Source of the DNA: Geosiphon pyriformis uo1
Taxonomy: Eukaryota > Fungi > Glomeromycota
Length of the DNA: 64,000 nucleotides
Direction: 5' to 3'
Assembly (NCBI GenBank): GCA_016748015.1
Contig: JAAOMT010000295.1
Location: 806,001-870,000, forward strand
A program made the translations under genes and the position numbers. The first letter of the stretch is position 1. Every line of letters starts with the position of its first letter. The notes below the pieces were generated by a model. It was not told the origin of the DNA, ran no database searches, and was given only the letters and a program-made list of their open reading frames with translations. Positions 50,262 through 64,000 of the stretch are shown in pieces.

Positions 50262-51420
50262 TTAATGTTTTAAAATTAATTAACTATTAATTTTAGTAAT
50301 TACTTAATTAATTTTAAGTTTAAATAAAAAACACATTTTTTTATATATTTTTTATATATTTTTTACAATTAAGTAGTTTATAATTAAGATTTTTTATAAA
50401 AAAATTAATATTATTAAAAAGTTTACAATTAAAATTTTTTGTAAAAAAGTTAACTTTTACTGCAAAATAATTATATAATATAATTAATATAAAATTAGTT
50501 ATTTTATTATAAGTTTAATAATAACAACAATTTAAAACATAAAAAATATTTTAAAAATAAATCAATTTATTAGTATTATTAATAAAAATTTGAATTATTA
50601 ATTAACATAAAATTACTTATATAATTTCTATTATATCTTATTATTTTAATTTATTATTTATTATTTAATTAATAATTTAATTTGTATAATATACAAATAT
50701 AACTAATTATAATAATTAAATCATGTAATATTTTAAACTATATAATATTTAAAAATTTACTAAAATATTTAATTGTTTATTAAAATATTAATAATTTATA
50801 AAAACAATTTATAGTTTACAAAAATATATTTTTAATTTACTAAAATATTAACAAAAAAAAACTACAAACTTATAAAATAATACTATAATAGATTGTATAA
50901 AAAAAAGCTTCTTTTTTTGTAAAAATATATTTTAGTTTAACAAATTAATTTAATAAAACTTATATTTTAAAACCAACAAATTTTTTTATAATTGTTACTG
51001 TTTAAAACTAATATTTTGAAATTAATTAGTTATTAATTTTAATAATTACTTAGTTAATTTTAAATTTGAATCAAAAATAATTTTTTTTTTTTTTTTTTTT
51101 ATTTTAAATTTTTTTTTTTTTTTTTATATTATTAGATAATTTATAATTAAAGCTTTTTGTAAAAAAATTTATTTTTACAACAAAGTAACTATATATTATT
51201 AAAAAACTTAAAGATAAAAATTTTTGGCATTAAATTGGCTATTTTATTATAAACTTAATAACAACAATAATCTAAAATATAAAAAAATATTTTGAAAATA
51301 AATTAGTTTATTGAAAATTTATTAGTTTTTATTAACAATAGAATTAAAGCAAAATAATATTAATTATATTATTAAAATATAATAAAAATCTTTAATAATA
51401 TTGAAAATTTATTAGTTTTT
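50262..51420 (+). repeat. Two nested, extremely AT-shifted LTRs related to the D LTR (inner copy 50574-51400)
   Basis: Collinear with the reverse complement of 43014-43983 once C>T/G>A changes are allowed. The outer copy resumes at 53718-53792, followed by TTGGT. Confidence 0.6.
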
Positions 51421-53722
51421 ATTTTTATTATTGTTAGATTTAATAAACAAGATCCAATTACTATCTAGAAATTAAAAACAAACTAAGTATTCCAATGTTA
51501 AATATAGTTTACATGTTTTTTACATGTAACCAACTACTTAAACCAGTTCAGACTATGCTAAATTAATGCAATAAAAGAAAACTTATTCAAAAATAATATT
51601 TTTTAAATAACTTCAAACAAAGTAATACTATAAGGAACTAATTCAACCAGTTATTCAACTGTTTTTAAAGAATTAGTTTTAACATTAACAAACTTATGTG
51701 CTTAAAAGAATATCAAGTTAGAAAATATATTATCATCTATACCAATTGAACACTCTAAATTACCAAATATATTAATATTATTTAGGCAACACTCTTTTTT
51801 TAAAAAAACCACTTTTCTTTTCAACTTACTAACAACCTTGCTAAAAAAAACTCAGATAAATTATAAGCTTATTAATCTTTAAACTAAAAACATTGTTTGA
51901 GATAAAATCATCTTTAATAAAATGTTTAAACATAATAACCAAGATACCAATAAGTTTAACAATTAATTTAACCAAAGTTAACAATCTAACTAAATCAGAT
52001 TCCAGAAATACCAACAAAGAAGAAAACAGAAAATTACTAACAACCACAGAAGAAGATGCAGAAGCTACTAAAAAAAGAAATTCAAAAAAATCAAAATAAG
52101 CAAAGGCCTTTGTATAAGAAACATTACTGATAAAATGTGATTTGAATATCTTAAAAATCATGAAAAGAAAAGGTAAAAAAACTGTAAAGTTTGTAACCAA
52201 ATAGTTTATCTCTTAACATCTAAAACAGCACCAACAATCTGGGGTTTTTTACCAAATATGCTATCTTCTTAGTGTATTAGTCTTAACAATTATAGAATTC
52301 AGATCAACTTAAGAGCCAAATATAATCAGAGTAAACTGAAAATAACATCTAAAATTAGGTAAATAAGAAATAAAACAAGTCTGACCACCAACTTAAGAAA
52401 TTATATTACTGATTTCAAAAGCAATACAGCCAGAAAGAAGGTTAATTAACTTGGCCTTAAACCTATTACAAGACAGAATAGTCTCTTTTTAATTCATGAA
52501 AGGAAAAATCCAAACACTATCTTTGTTTACCAATACTAACTAGTAATTGAAAATAGATGCAACAGTATCTAATTTATTAAAATAAACAACCACATATTGC
52601 CAAACACCAGTATGCTTTAGCACAACATAAAAAACTTCACCAAAAATACTAAGAGCTGATTTAATATTGACAGCAGACATATTCAAGAGCATATTATGCA
52701 GTACAACAGCAGCAAAAAAAGAACCAGACTTAGAAACCACCAAAGACTTGGCAATTTTAAAAGTGGCAAGACAAACAGAACTTGTAAGCTCAACCAGAAA
52801 TGCAGCATTCAAAAAACTTTGGGAAGCAAACTTCATACAAAAAAGCTTCACATTGTCTTTTAACACTGATTTTACATCCAAAAAACCATGTACAGACTGA
52901 AAAACAGTCTTAATATAAGCCAATTTGATCTTAAAAGTATTATCAAATACTAGAATAGAAACCACCCACTCAGTAAATCTTTAATGACTAGTAATAGTTT
53001 CTCAAGCACTACCAAAAGCAGCACCAAAAACCAAAAGAGATAATTCAGTTTCTATTTGATTAACCCAGTTCTTAAGAACAAGTAATTTAATAAAAAATAA
53101 TTCCTTTGCTTCTAAAACTGGCAAGAATCTGTCAGAAAACACCATATTTAACAACACAACCAGTAGTTAATCTTGGTTTATCTTAGATAATATGCCAAAT
53201 AAAACAGTAAAGATCTCATCTAAAATTTCAGTTGAAATCACAAAGAGATTCAGTATAACAATAGCAGAGACAAACAACTGCTCTTATTTTTTTGAAACTT
53301 TGGTCTTTTTGACCATTTTGTTTAAAGAAATAATATTAACAGTACCAGATATAGAAGCTATAGTAAAGAAAACTAGTTTGTTAACTGGTCTGTTATTAAA
53401 AACTTTTGGGCTTTTAAGAGGAATAAAGACAACATTAAAACTAACTCAAATGTGTTTCTCTGAAAGAATTTTAACTGGTAAAAAACCAACCAAAGATAAA
53501 AAAGATGTTTCAATAGCCACTAAAGACAGCTTATTACTATTAATATCTAAGAAGAATATAACCAAAACATTATGTTTAGTTGCTTTAATAATAAAGAGAC
53601 TTTTTTGCATTGAAACTTTATTAGTTACTATAAAAAAAATAACTTTTATGGCTTTTTTACTTTTTGCTTTGGTTATGGTTATAAAATTAAAAAGACAAAG
53701 AGTTTTTTTATTTGTAATTTTT
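51416..53722 (-). mobile_element. ORF1-only element, family B, copy 2
   Basis: Degraded ORF1 (TKAKSKK..., FKIKLAY..., GVWQYVVVYF) with the shared 3' UTR; inserted in a T-run. Confidence 0.8.
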
Positions 53723-54222
53723 ATTAACAATAAAATAAATAATAAAATAATATTAACAATATTTTAAAAAATAATTAAAACTTTTAGTAATATTGGTTTT
53801 TTATTAAATATTTTAGAATTTTTAAAGAAAACAGAAATTATATTAAAAAATTTTTAACCAAAAATAAAAAAAATGTTTTTAAAAAAGCAAAAAACTAGTT
53901 AATTATTATTTTATATAAAAGAAATATTTTTACAAAGTATTATTAAACAATTTTAATAATTATTAATATTTTACTAATAAAAAAACTATTAATTGTTTTA
54001 AATAATAATAAAAATAATAAAAATTATAACTTTTTTATTTTTTGTTTTCATTATAATTATAAACATAGAAAAAAAAATTTATTTTATTTTATTTTTTTAT
54101 TAAGCATTTAACAAGTGTAGTCTAACTACTATCTAAATTATAACAATATACAAAATTCTATATTAAGCATAGCTTATATGCTTTCTACACATAACTAGCC
54201 ACTTGGGCCAATTAAGACAACA

Positions 54223-57200
54223 CTAGACACCTAAATCACCAATTACTGAAAAGTCACCTAAAAAACCAAAGTGTGTACTGGAGAGACGAAGATGTAAACC
54301 ATAACATACATGAACACCTAATCTGATACTAAAATCAAAGATTATACTAAGAGACCACAAGGAAGCCAGACTAAATACCACTAATATTACAGACCCATCA
54401 TGTGGCAAAAAACCACACTTTTCATAAAGTACTCTTAATTTGGTAGTTGGCAGTCACATAGCAAATCTATGACTTTTAGTAAAACTTCAAACTAAACTAA
54501 TTACTAAAGACTTACCATCAGAGCCACCACCCAGCAAACAAACTGTATTATTCATCCAATTCTTCAAAACAAAGCTCTTGACTAAGGACATATATAAATG
54601 ATCCGATGACTCAGCCTCTCATAGAGAGCAAATTACCATACTGTCAGCAGCAAGAACACCAAGCAAACTAATCCAACAACCAATAGTTCTTGAAATTAAC
54701 TCACTTTTAGCACTAGTATTATGAATGCAGGAGAACATGTGATTGGAATTCTCAACTAATCCACACTAAATACATAGCACACTCAGATAACCTAGATCAT
54801 AAAGCCTCTTCTTCTTGGCTACAGAAAGGCAGTTGTGTATGGCTTTTATGAAGTAAGATCAAAGATACACAAAAAAGTAGCTAGTAAAGCCTGATCAAAA
54901 CTGACCATTAGGATGCCATACACTAAACATATATTGTATATCAATCTCATTGCATAGCATACTTTTCACAGCATAGGCGACATATTTGGCTTCCCAACTA
55001 ACAAAGCTCATGACATTAAAAAGACGTCTAACAAAATAGCAGATGTTCCCAGAGACAGGTTTTTCTTTAACAGACAAAAAATGGCAGAATGTTTCAACAG
55101 ATAGCATGATGTCAAAACTGGTGGCAATATTGGCCAATAAATTAGTGTGCTTATTGCCATAAACTTCAGAGTGGTTCTTGACTTTGTTCTAAGCTACTGA
55201 CAAGTTCTTTGACATGATGGTCTGCCAGATTCACTTCCTTTCAATCCAACATTTATCACAAAAATCAGGACCAGTAAAATTTTTATAAGAGGTACAAGCA
55301 TCCAAGGATGCCTAACTGTCTGTAAAAAGAGTAACTGACCTGGAAACAGAAACACACTCCAAAGCAAGGGTGATGGCATGTAGTTCAGTCAGAGTTGACG
55401 AAAGCAAGCCATTCACCCCAACTTCCATATCATTATTAATATTGGGAAAATAAGCAGCAGCACCATCATAAGCACCTATAGAACTTAAACCTTTAATTGA
55501 GCTATTAGTATAAACCACTACACCACTTGAAGCATTCTCAAGAAGACATTCACTAATAGAATTTAGACTAACTCAGCAATCACTAAAAGCTGGATCAGAA
55601 GCTAGGACATGACCACCAACCAAACCACCATTTCCAATAAATTTTGTTAACACACTAAACCAGCCAGGAGCTGGATCTCTTGGATCCAGTCTTTTTTACC
55701 TGCAAAAATTACTTTATGTAAAACACATGTTATAATAGTCTAAAAGCTGGTTTGTAAAAATAATGCCAAACTTCTTCAGTGAGCCAACCACACTTGTATA
55801 CTAGTCCAAATCTAAAACATCAGCAACAGGTATGCCATTACTAGTCCAGAAAACATTTGGTAAAACATTGCCCAAGAAGAGCTTGCATAACACCAGAGTG
55901 TTAGTTATGCCAGCTAAAAAGGAATTCACAGGATCTAATGACAACATGACCGGAAAACTAAGGAGTTGTCAGGTCATCCAACTGACAGCCTGCAGATCCA
56001 TCACTCTGTGTTTGAATAATCTACCAAGAATGTCTTTCAAATTAGCAAACAATACCAAATTAGCCAAAGAATTTTCAGCTTGCAACTGCTTAAAGATCTT
56101 AAGACCATACAACTTAGAATGTAAAATGGCCTTATTAAAAAAATCTCTGGGCAAGTTGGTCTTAAGCTTCAGATTTTTTCTTAGCAGCCTATCCCATTTT
56201 TCACAAACATTTACAGAAGCATGACTAAACTGTAATCTATATCCAATAATAGGTTGTAAAACAATAGACACCAAATAAAAAAACTGCTTATTAGAGACTG
56301 TTTTCCTCAGGACCAAGTTAACAAAAAATTTCACATTTGACTGAACCTTGGTGAGGCTGGGCTTTGAAAGACCATCAGTGAATAAAAAAATTTCTAAGTA
56401 TCTATAAGGCTTGCTTTTCTTAGCAATTGAAATATCTGAACCACTAATTGTTAAATAAAGAGTCTCAACTCTGCAATTAATAGGTATAGCTACCATCTTT
56501 TCAGTGTTAATTGAAATGTTATTAAGATGGAAAAATTCACTAGTTATATCCAAGATATGCTAAGTAGCAGCCATGCTATTTCCAACCCAAATAGTATTAT
56601 CCACAAATGTCTCCATAGTTAAATATAATGTCAAACCACTTTTGTGATCGTACTTGCCAGTTTATGTAAAAAATTTTAAGTCTAGCCAGTATTCACACAA
56701 ACTCTTATGTTTTTTAACCTCACACAGCAAGAAATCATAAAAGATTTTTCATAACAAAGGTAAGAAAATCTTGTCCTGATCCAGGTTATTGTGAACAATG
56801 TATCTATCAGTAAGTTCAAAATCTGGCATTATCTGATTAATGCAGTTATTATGTATGCTCCCAAAAAACTCGATGAAATGGAGACACATTTTAATCTTGA
56901 CCAAGCTGTTTCTTAAGTGAAACCACCCAACTGAATCATAGGCTTTATGCATATTCTAAAGAACGAGCCACAACTCACGATTCTTCTCAAGTATATTTTC
57001 AATAACAGAACTTACAGCAAAAATTGGGGTTTGAGTGGAAGTGCTCTTCAAAACTGAAAAATTATTTCTATACAGCACATTATAATTACTATAAGCCAAG
57101 GAAATTCTATCAGACAGAATTTTGGACAAAATTTTCCTAGCTGTTTCAACCAATGTTATTGGTTTCGTATTAATAAGAGCCCTCTCCCAATTATAAGGCT

Positions 57201-58758
57201 TTAGTATTATAGAAATCCAGGCCCTTTTTCATTGCTTAGAAACTGTACCAGATCTTAAACACTTATTCAAAATGTCCAGCAAGCTACCAAGAACCTGCTT
57301 GTTGCCATGTTTCTAAAGCTCATTAGGAATACCAGAAAGACCAACAGCTTTCCTATTAAACAGAGACTTGACTATTTGCAAAAACTTATCAAGCCTAATA
57401 TCACACATAATGCCAGAAAAGGCCACATCATTGACATAATCAAGAGGAGCATATTAGTTGAGCCAGCAAGTAGGAGTGGAACTAGACACCAAATGCTTTC
57501 TTGTCTATCTTTCCATAATATTATCAACTGTTAATTTGACTATCTAAGGTTCCAAAACAAGTTCATCATCTATCACCAAATGATCAAGTATTACTTTTTG
57601 AACAGGGCAATCCAGAACACTTCTAATCATTCTACCTTTATCAGAACAAAAATTTTCTATATATTTGTTAATAGCTTTCCTAATGAAATTATTTCTGGCA
57701 GCCTTGAATTCATAGTATTTGGACTTGTAATAACTTTTTTTGACACATGACAGATAATGTAAAACAATACCAAAACAAACACCACTTTTAATCAGGCCAC
57801 AAACTTTGACAGCTTTCCTTTCATCAATAGTAGCTCATGTGTTAATAAGATGAGCAGCTCTTAAAACTTGATTAGAGCTTATGCTTTTTGCTAGTTTAGC
57901 CACCAACAATTCAAGTCTAACAAACTTCGACAACTGTTTATCTACTGAGATATAGGACCCAGAAAACCATAACTTAGAAAAAACCTCATTAGCAAAAACC
58001 ATTACCACCTCCTTTAGAATCTTCCACATTGAGTCTAAATTCCCATAACACTTAACACTACCGAAAACACCTATCTTCCCCAAAAATATGTCCAAAGAAC
58101 AGCTTCTAAATTATGACCAATTCTTATCACTAGCATCCTTAATTCAAAATTTCCATATATCTCTGTTTGCTTGTTTGCATACACTGTTAAGATGTACATC
58201 CAGGAGACCACCTAAACCAACTGCTATTAATACTGCTTTGTGATCTGTATTAAAAAATTCAAAAACTGGCTCTACTTTATGGCCAGCAACAGTAGATGCC
58301 AAACCATGAGTAACAAAAATAAAGTTAATGATCTTTTTTACATCTTTAGAATTGCTTCAAGTACATGACTTAGCTAATAAATGTCTATGAAAAGAGTTAA
58401 CCAACTTCAAATCCATGCAAAACTTGAAATTCACACTTCTTTTAATACTATCCTTATTGAAATCTCCATCCACTACCACAAAAGTGCTAGAATTAACAGC
58501 TTTGGCAATAAAAAAATTGTTCATAGTAACAGCCACCTCAACACCAAGAAAACCCTTATCCAAACCAGAAGAGAAAATTTGCACCCCCTCAAATTTGTTC
58601 ATAATTCAAGATCTAATGCTAGGCCTTAACTTTATCTCCATAACAATTAAAATCATGTTACCCGAATTCATGTGCCAATGCACAATTTTATCTTGCTTAG
58701 CTGGAACATTAATGCTGCAAACATTGCATGTAGCAATTTTCCAAATCAGATCATTCAT
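54223..58758 (-). pseudogene. LINE ORF2: APE endonuclease - RT - RNase H - Cys/His finger
   Basis: IATCNV, GDFN; LVETARKILSKIL, KAYDSV, FVDN (for FVDD); VYTNSS (for DGS), TELHAI, FTDS, KVKNHS..GN; C..C...E.S.H...C. Confidence 0.92.
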
Positions 58759-60640
58759 TGAGACAAAGAAGACATTAGTAAACTTGAGCCAGCACACAAT
58801 TGATCTAACTTCATTAAAACCAAATTTACAAAGGTCTCAAAAGCCACAAATTTTGACTCCAAACTGTCCACTTTAGCTGTTAGAACTTTTGAACTATTAG
58901 GACCCAAAGCTAAGACATCAGAAATGACACAAAAAGAAGATAAAGAGACTAATTCAGCACTATCCACAACCATGTCTTGGCCCAAATCTAAACCAACAGT
59001 CACTGGAACAGCTGAAATGCTAGTATGAGGAAGGGGAGCCAAGGACACCAATTTTATGCCACTTAATTTTCGCACAATACCAGAAACTTGATCTACTAAG
59101 AGCTTTAGGGAACATTCCAAAGAAGTTAACTGATCATTTAAAGCTGAATTATTAGTCGAAACAAAAGGAGAATTAACACCTGAACCAGAGATGCTAGTGG
59201 AAAGAGAACCAAAACCAGAACCAGAACCAAAACCAAGAGATGAGCCACTTGAGACTAACTTAAGTAAAACTATCTAAGTCCAAGACTTGCCATCAAAAGC
59301 AGCAGGACAGAAAATTGGAACACACTTTTTAACATACAATCTAACAAGCTGAAGACAAGTTTCTTTCAAAACAACTCTTTTATAAGATCTTTGGAAGGAT
59401 GAAACTAACACATCTGAAGAATTACACTTAAGAGCAGAATGTCCAAAACTGCTGCATCTCTCACAACAAATCAAATTCATCCTAGTCCATAAGAGTTTAA
59501 CACTGCCAAAAATTGGCTCTGTGTAAAATACAGATTCCAGATCCTCATCTAAATTGAAACCAACCACAGTGCAGCAAATCCAGTTGCCAGTAACAAGAGA
59601 GTAATTAATAACACATGTTTTCTCACCAGCCTTTTCTAACAAAATTTCTAAATCATAAGCTGTTGTTCCTACAGACAGAGTAAACAAAAGTGCCTTAAAG
59701 CAATCTCTAAACATCCAAGTATCTTAATCTCCTATGGCTATAGCCACACATACTGAATCCTTCTCAATAAGAAATAACTATCTTGATATAAGTTGCTTAG
59801 CCTGCTCCAATTTGGTGAATTTCACTATAGTTTTCTGCTATATCTCAATTAGCTGAATCTTGATTGACTTAATATTACCAAACTCAAATACTGTGACAAT
59901 GATCATTTTTTTTGGCATATCCATAGGAATTTCTTTGATTACTATGGCCCAATCTGAACGAATTCTTTGTTTCTTGAGATTGCTGTTTATGGTGATCCCT
60001 TTTTTTCTGGCCAATGATGCAGTCATTTCCATGCTCTTTTCTAATGTGAAGATAAATCTGATAATCCTTTCAAATTTTAAAGAGGTAGTGGCCCCTCCAA
60101 AACCATTGACTAAAGAAAAAATTTTCTGATTAACTGAGTTTTTGCCATTGCTGATTTTTTTTCTACAGCTAAGAGATTAATGTCCAAAGCAAATAACTTT
60201 TTAACTAACACTTTCACAGAAGCCTTGACAATTTTTGGGTTAATTCACTTCTTGTCAAGAGAGATAGGCAAGTGAGAAGGGAGTACAACTTCATTATCAT
60301 TTATATGAAAATTGGAAGAACCAAGTAGAGAGCCAAAAACAGCCCCAGTGTTGATTTATTTTGCCTTGGGTGTAGTAATAGCTAAGTCCAAAAGAGACTC
60401 ACCATTTATACCAAACATGCTAATATTTTCATCATCACTATATAGACTTTCCACATCAGAATATATACTATTACCAGGCTCAGATTTACTCAAAGATATA
60501 TTCCTTTTATTACCAGAGTATTTAACATTACCAAGAACAATTTTTTTCTTCTGAGAAAAAAAACCACCAGCAGAATCATGAAAAACACTCTTAAGTGTTT
60601 TCTTCTTAGATGTGGTGCTATTTGCAGTAGCCTTTATATC
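58755..60640 (-). pseudogene. LINE-b ORF1 (RRMs + knuckle)
   Basis: AIVIKEIPMD, FKALLFTL..GTTA, CERCSSFGHSALKC. The stop overlaps the ORF2 ATG. Confidence 0.85.
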
Positions 60641-60769
60641 TATAAAAAATAGATTATTATTAGGTAAAGAAATATTGATATATAAACTAAAAAACAAAAA
60701 AACTTCTTTTTTATAGAAAATGCACTTTTTAAGGATTTTTAGAGATAAAAGAGAAAAAAGTTTTTTGCT

Positions 60770-61770
60770 TTGAATTTTTATTTTATTTAATATTGTTTAA
60801 TAAATAATTAATCTAATTTATATAATACATAAATATTATTAAATATAATAATTAAATTATGTGGTATTTTAAATTATATAATATTTAAAAATTTACCAAA
60901 ATATCTAAAAATTTACCAAAATATTTAAAAATTTATTAAATACTTAATAGTGTTACAAGTTGGAGTAACAAGCTAATGGATAGCAAGAGAGAACAGAATT
61001 GTAGGGTGATAAAAATAATCAAAGAGGATTCAACTTCAAAGAGTAAATTAAATAAGTATGGATTCAATATGTGAGATTAGTCTCATAAAATATTTCAGTC
61101 ACTATACTTTTTAAAGATAACCAGGGAATCTGAAGGTAAAAGGATAGTCTGTACTGTCAACAATTGATCACGTCTGGTATAATTCTATGTCTCACATCAG
61201 CACTCTTAGAATTCAATATCAGGTATTAAATGTACTCTTCAGTCATATTTTATTCAATAGTCTTCAAATGTTGCAATTACACATTTCAGAAAAAGGATAG
61301 GTAAATGCCAACAAGTAGTTTTTTATCTTTAAAATGTTTAAATACTTGAAGGTAGGGAAAGAGAAATTAGTGATAAGAGAAGGATTGAGATGAAGTTGTT
61401 ATTTTATTTCTTTATTTCTTTAATTCTTACATGCTTTTCTACAGCTAAGAGATTTATTGCTTATATAGCTGTCAAAAGTGGTCAATAATCAGGTTAACAA
61501 CTAGGTTAATGATTAGATCAATAATCAGATTAATGGTCAGGTTATTGATCAGGTCAATAATCACTTACTAAAAATAAAGTGACTAATTTATATAATATCA
61601 ATGACTAATACATGTGATAATTAATAAGAAGTATAAGTTTCAATTGTAACAATAGTTTATTAAAATAATTTATAGTTTATTAAAATATATATTTAATTTA
61701 TTGAAATATTAACAAGAAAAAAGTATTAAAACTTAAAATAATATTATACTAAATTGTATAAAAAAAGAGT
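60770..61770 (+). repeat. Degenerate D-like LTR fragment (host of the solo LTR)
   Basis: 60770-60950 plus 61652-61770 align with ~50640-50910. Confidence 0.55.
60951..61651 (-). mobile_element. Solo LTR of the B family (701 bp)
   Basis: TGTTACAA...TTGTAACA with a perfect TSD ATAG; reverse complement of the B and A' LTRs. Confidence 0.95.
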
Positions 61771-64000
61771 TTTTTTTTTGTTTTTTTTTTATTATGAGTT
61801 TAATAAGTATGGCCCAATCATTATCTAGAAATTAGAACCAAACTAAGTAATTCAGGGCTAAATATGGTTCATGCACTTACTATATGTAACCAGCTACTCG
61901 AGCCAGTTCAGGCTATACTACATTGATGCACTAGAAAAAAATTTACCCAAAAAAGACATCTTTTGAACAATCTCAAATAATATAGCACTATTATTAACCA
62001 ACCCAATCAACCACTTAGCTGTTTTAAAGGCATCAGTCTTTATAGCAGCAGATTTATGTTTCCAAAGAGACATCAAATTAGAAAACATATCATCATCAAA
62101 AGATGACAAACCTACATGAAGACTAGACATATTAACGTCCTCAAAATCACACTCAGTTTTCAGAACAACCACTTCTTATTCCAACTTACCAACAGCTTTG
62201 TTAAAAGTACTTATGTAAACCAAAATCTCATTAACTCTGAGGCCAAAAGCAGAACTTGAAACCAAATTGCCATTAACAAATTGTTCAAAAACTTTGACCA
62301 TAGAGCCAACAGACTTAACAATAGATTCAATCAAAACAGAAAGCTTGGCCAAATCAGATTCCAGAAATGTTAGCCAAGAAGATACCAAAGAATTTACAAC
62401 AGTAACAGAAGGTGCAGCAGCCACTAAAGGAGGAAACTCAGAAAGAACAGGGGGAACAGATGCCTTTGCATAAGACAAAGAACTGACAAAATGTGGTTTA
62501 AACATCTTGGGAGCCTTAAGGCGGAAGATGGAGCAACCTTATAGTTCATAGTCAAGTGGCCTATCTCTTGACACTAAAAATAATGCTGACAACCAGAAGT
62601 TTTCCACTAGATATGGCACTTTTTTAGTGTACTAGTTTTAATAACAACAAGGTCCAAATCAGCTTGAGAGCCAAATATAACCAGAGCAAAGCAAAAACGA
62701 CAACCAAAATCAAGAGACCAAAGAATAAAACAAGACCAACTACCAACTTAAAAAACCATATCACTGATTTCAAAAGCAGTATAGCCAAGAGGAAGGTTGA
62801 CCAACTTGGCCTTAAACCTATCACAAGACACAATTGTTTCTTGTTGATTCACAAAGAGAAGAATCCATATACTATCCTTACCCACCAAAACTGACCAGTG
62901 ATTGAGAACAGATGTGGCAACAACCAAATTTTTAAAATAGACCACAACATACTGCCAAATACCAGTAGGCTTTAGCACAACATGAATAATCACACCAAAA
63001 ATACTGAAAGCTGTCTTAATGTCAGCAGCAAACACATCCAAAGGCACATTATGCAGCACAATAGCAGCAAAAAGAGAGCCAGACTCAGGAACTACCAAGG
63101 ATTTGGTAATTTTGAGAGTGGTCAAACATACAGAGCTTGTAAGTTCAACCAAAAATGCAGCTTCCAAAGACACTTGAGAAGCAAACTCCATACAAAACAG
63201 CTTCACATTGTCTTTTGACATTGACTTTGCATCCAAGAAACCATGTACTGACTGAAAAACAGTCTTAACATGAGCCAATTTGATCTTAAAAGTAGCATCA
63301 GGCATCAGAATAGAGGCCACTCACCCAGCAAATCTTTGATAACTAGTAATAGTTTCCCAAGCACCACCAGAAGTAGCACCAGAAACTAGAGAAAAAGATG
63401 ATTCAGTTTCTATTTGATTAGCCCAGTTCTCAAGAACAGATGACCCAACAGAAGAAGATTGTTTTGCTTCTAAAACTGGTAATGATCTACTAGAAAACAC
63501 CATATTTGACAATACAGCCAGTGATTGATCTATGCTTATCTTGGATGATGTGCTGGATGATACTACAGAGATCTTATTGGAAATCACAAAGAGGTTCGGT
63601 GTAATAATAGCAAAGGCAAGCAACTGCTTTCAATTTTCTGAACTTTTGGTCTTTTTGACCATTTTTTTTGAAGAAGAAATGCTAACAGCACCAGATATAG
63701 AAGCTATGAAGGGGAAAACCAGCTTGTTAACTGATCTATTATTGAAAACTTTTGGGCTCTTAATTAAGATGGAGGCAACACTGGGACTAATCCAAGTGTG
63801 TCTTTTTGATAGAACTTTGACTGGTGAGAAACCAGCCAAAGATGAGGAATTTGCTTCAATGGCTATCAAAGGCAGTTTATTATGATTACTAAATAAAGGA
63901 AAGACTTCTAAAACATTCTGTTTAGTTGTTTCTACAACAGAGAGAGCTCCTTTGGTTAAAATTTTATTAGATATCTCAGAACAAATATTAGGTGCAGTTC
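61770..64000 (-). mobile_element. ORF1-only element, family B, copy 3 (5' end outside the window)
   Basis: ORF1 pieces from 63869 to the stop at 61918, then a ~128-nt 3' UTR and poly(A) at 61770-61790. Confidence 0.85.

Larger units (their letters stand above)
54078..60710 (-). mobile_element. LINE-b, near full length (ORF1 + ORF2), degraded
   Basis: ORF1, APE, RT, RNase H, CCHC, ~125-nt 3' UTR and A-rich tail. Confidence 0.92.

Overview
This window is eukaryotic repeat DNA made only of transposable elements. I found no host gene, RNA gene or CRISPR array. Its style resembles repeat-rich early-diverging fungi such as Glomeromycotina/Geosiphon; that is an inference from recollection and was not checked. 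(1) Four Ty3/gypsy LTR retrotransposons are nested: C (14787-~48053, +) contains D (18693-43983, -, TSD ACAT), which contains B (23416-38797, +, TSD GTAG/GTAA), which contains E (30276-37976, -, TSD ATAC). There is also a truncated B/E-family copy, a gag fragment, solo LTRs and degenerate LTRs. These elements have an unusual layout. Pol stops after RNase H, and integrase is a separate, out-of-frame ORF starting M-D-L/I-x-x-Y. A further non-env ORF runs into the 3' LTR. Cys-rich domains follow the protease, and families C and D carry a dUTPase. Family B/E uses a U_UUA_AAC -1 gag-pol frameshift. (2) There are two LINEs, one near full length (ORF1; APE-RT-RNase H-CCHC). (3) There are six copies, in two families, of a ~2.2-2.4 kb poly(A)-tailed element that encodes only a LINE ORF1. 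One family shares its 3' UTR with the autonomous LINE, which suggests a HAL1-like parasite/helper pair. All elements are eroded by C>T/G>A transitions, and the damage increases from the innermost to the outermost element.
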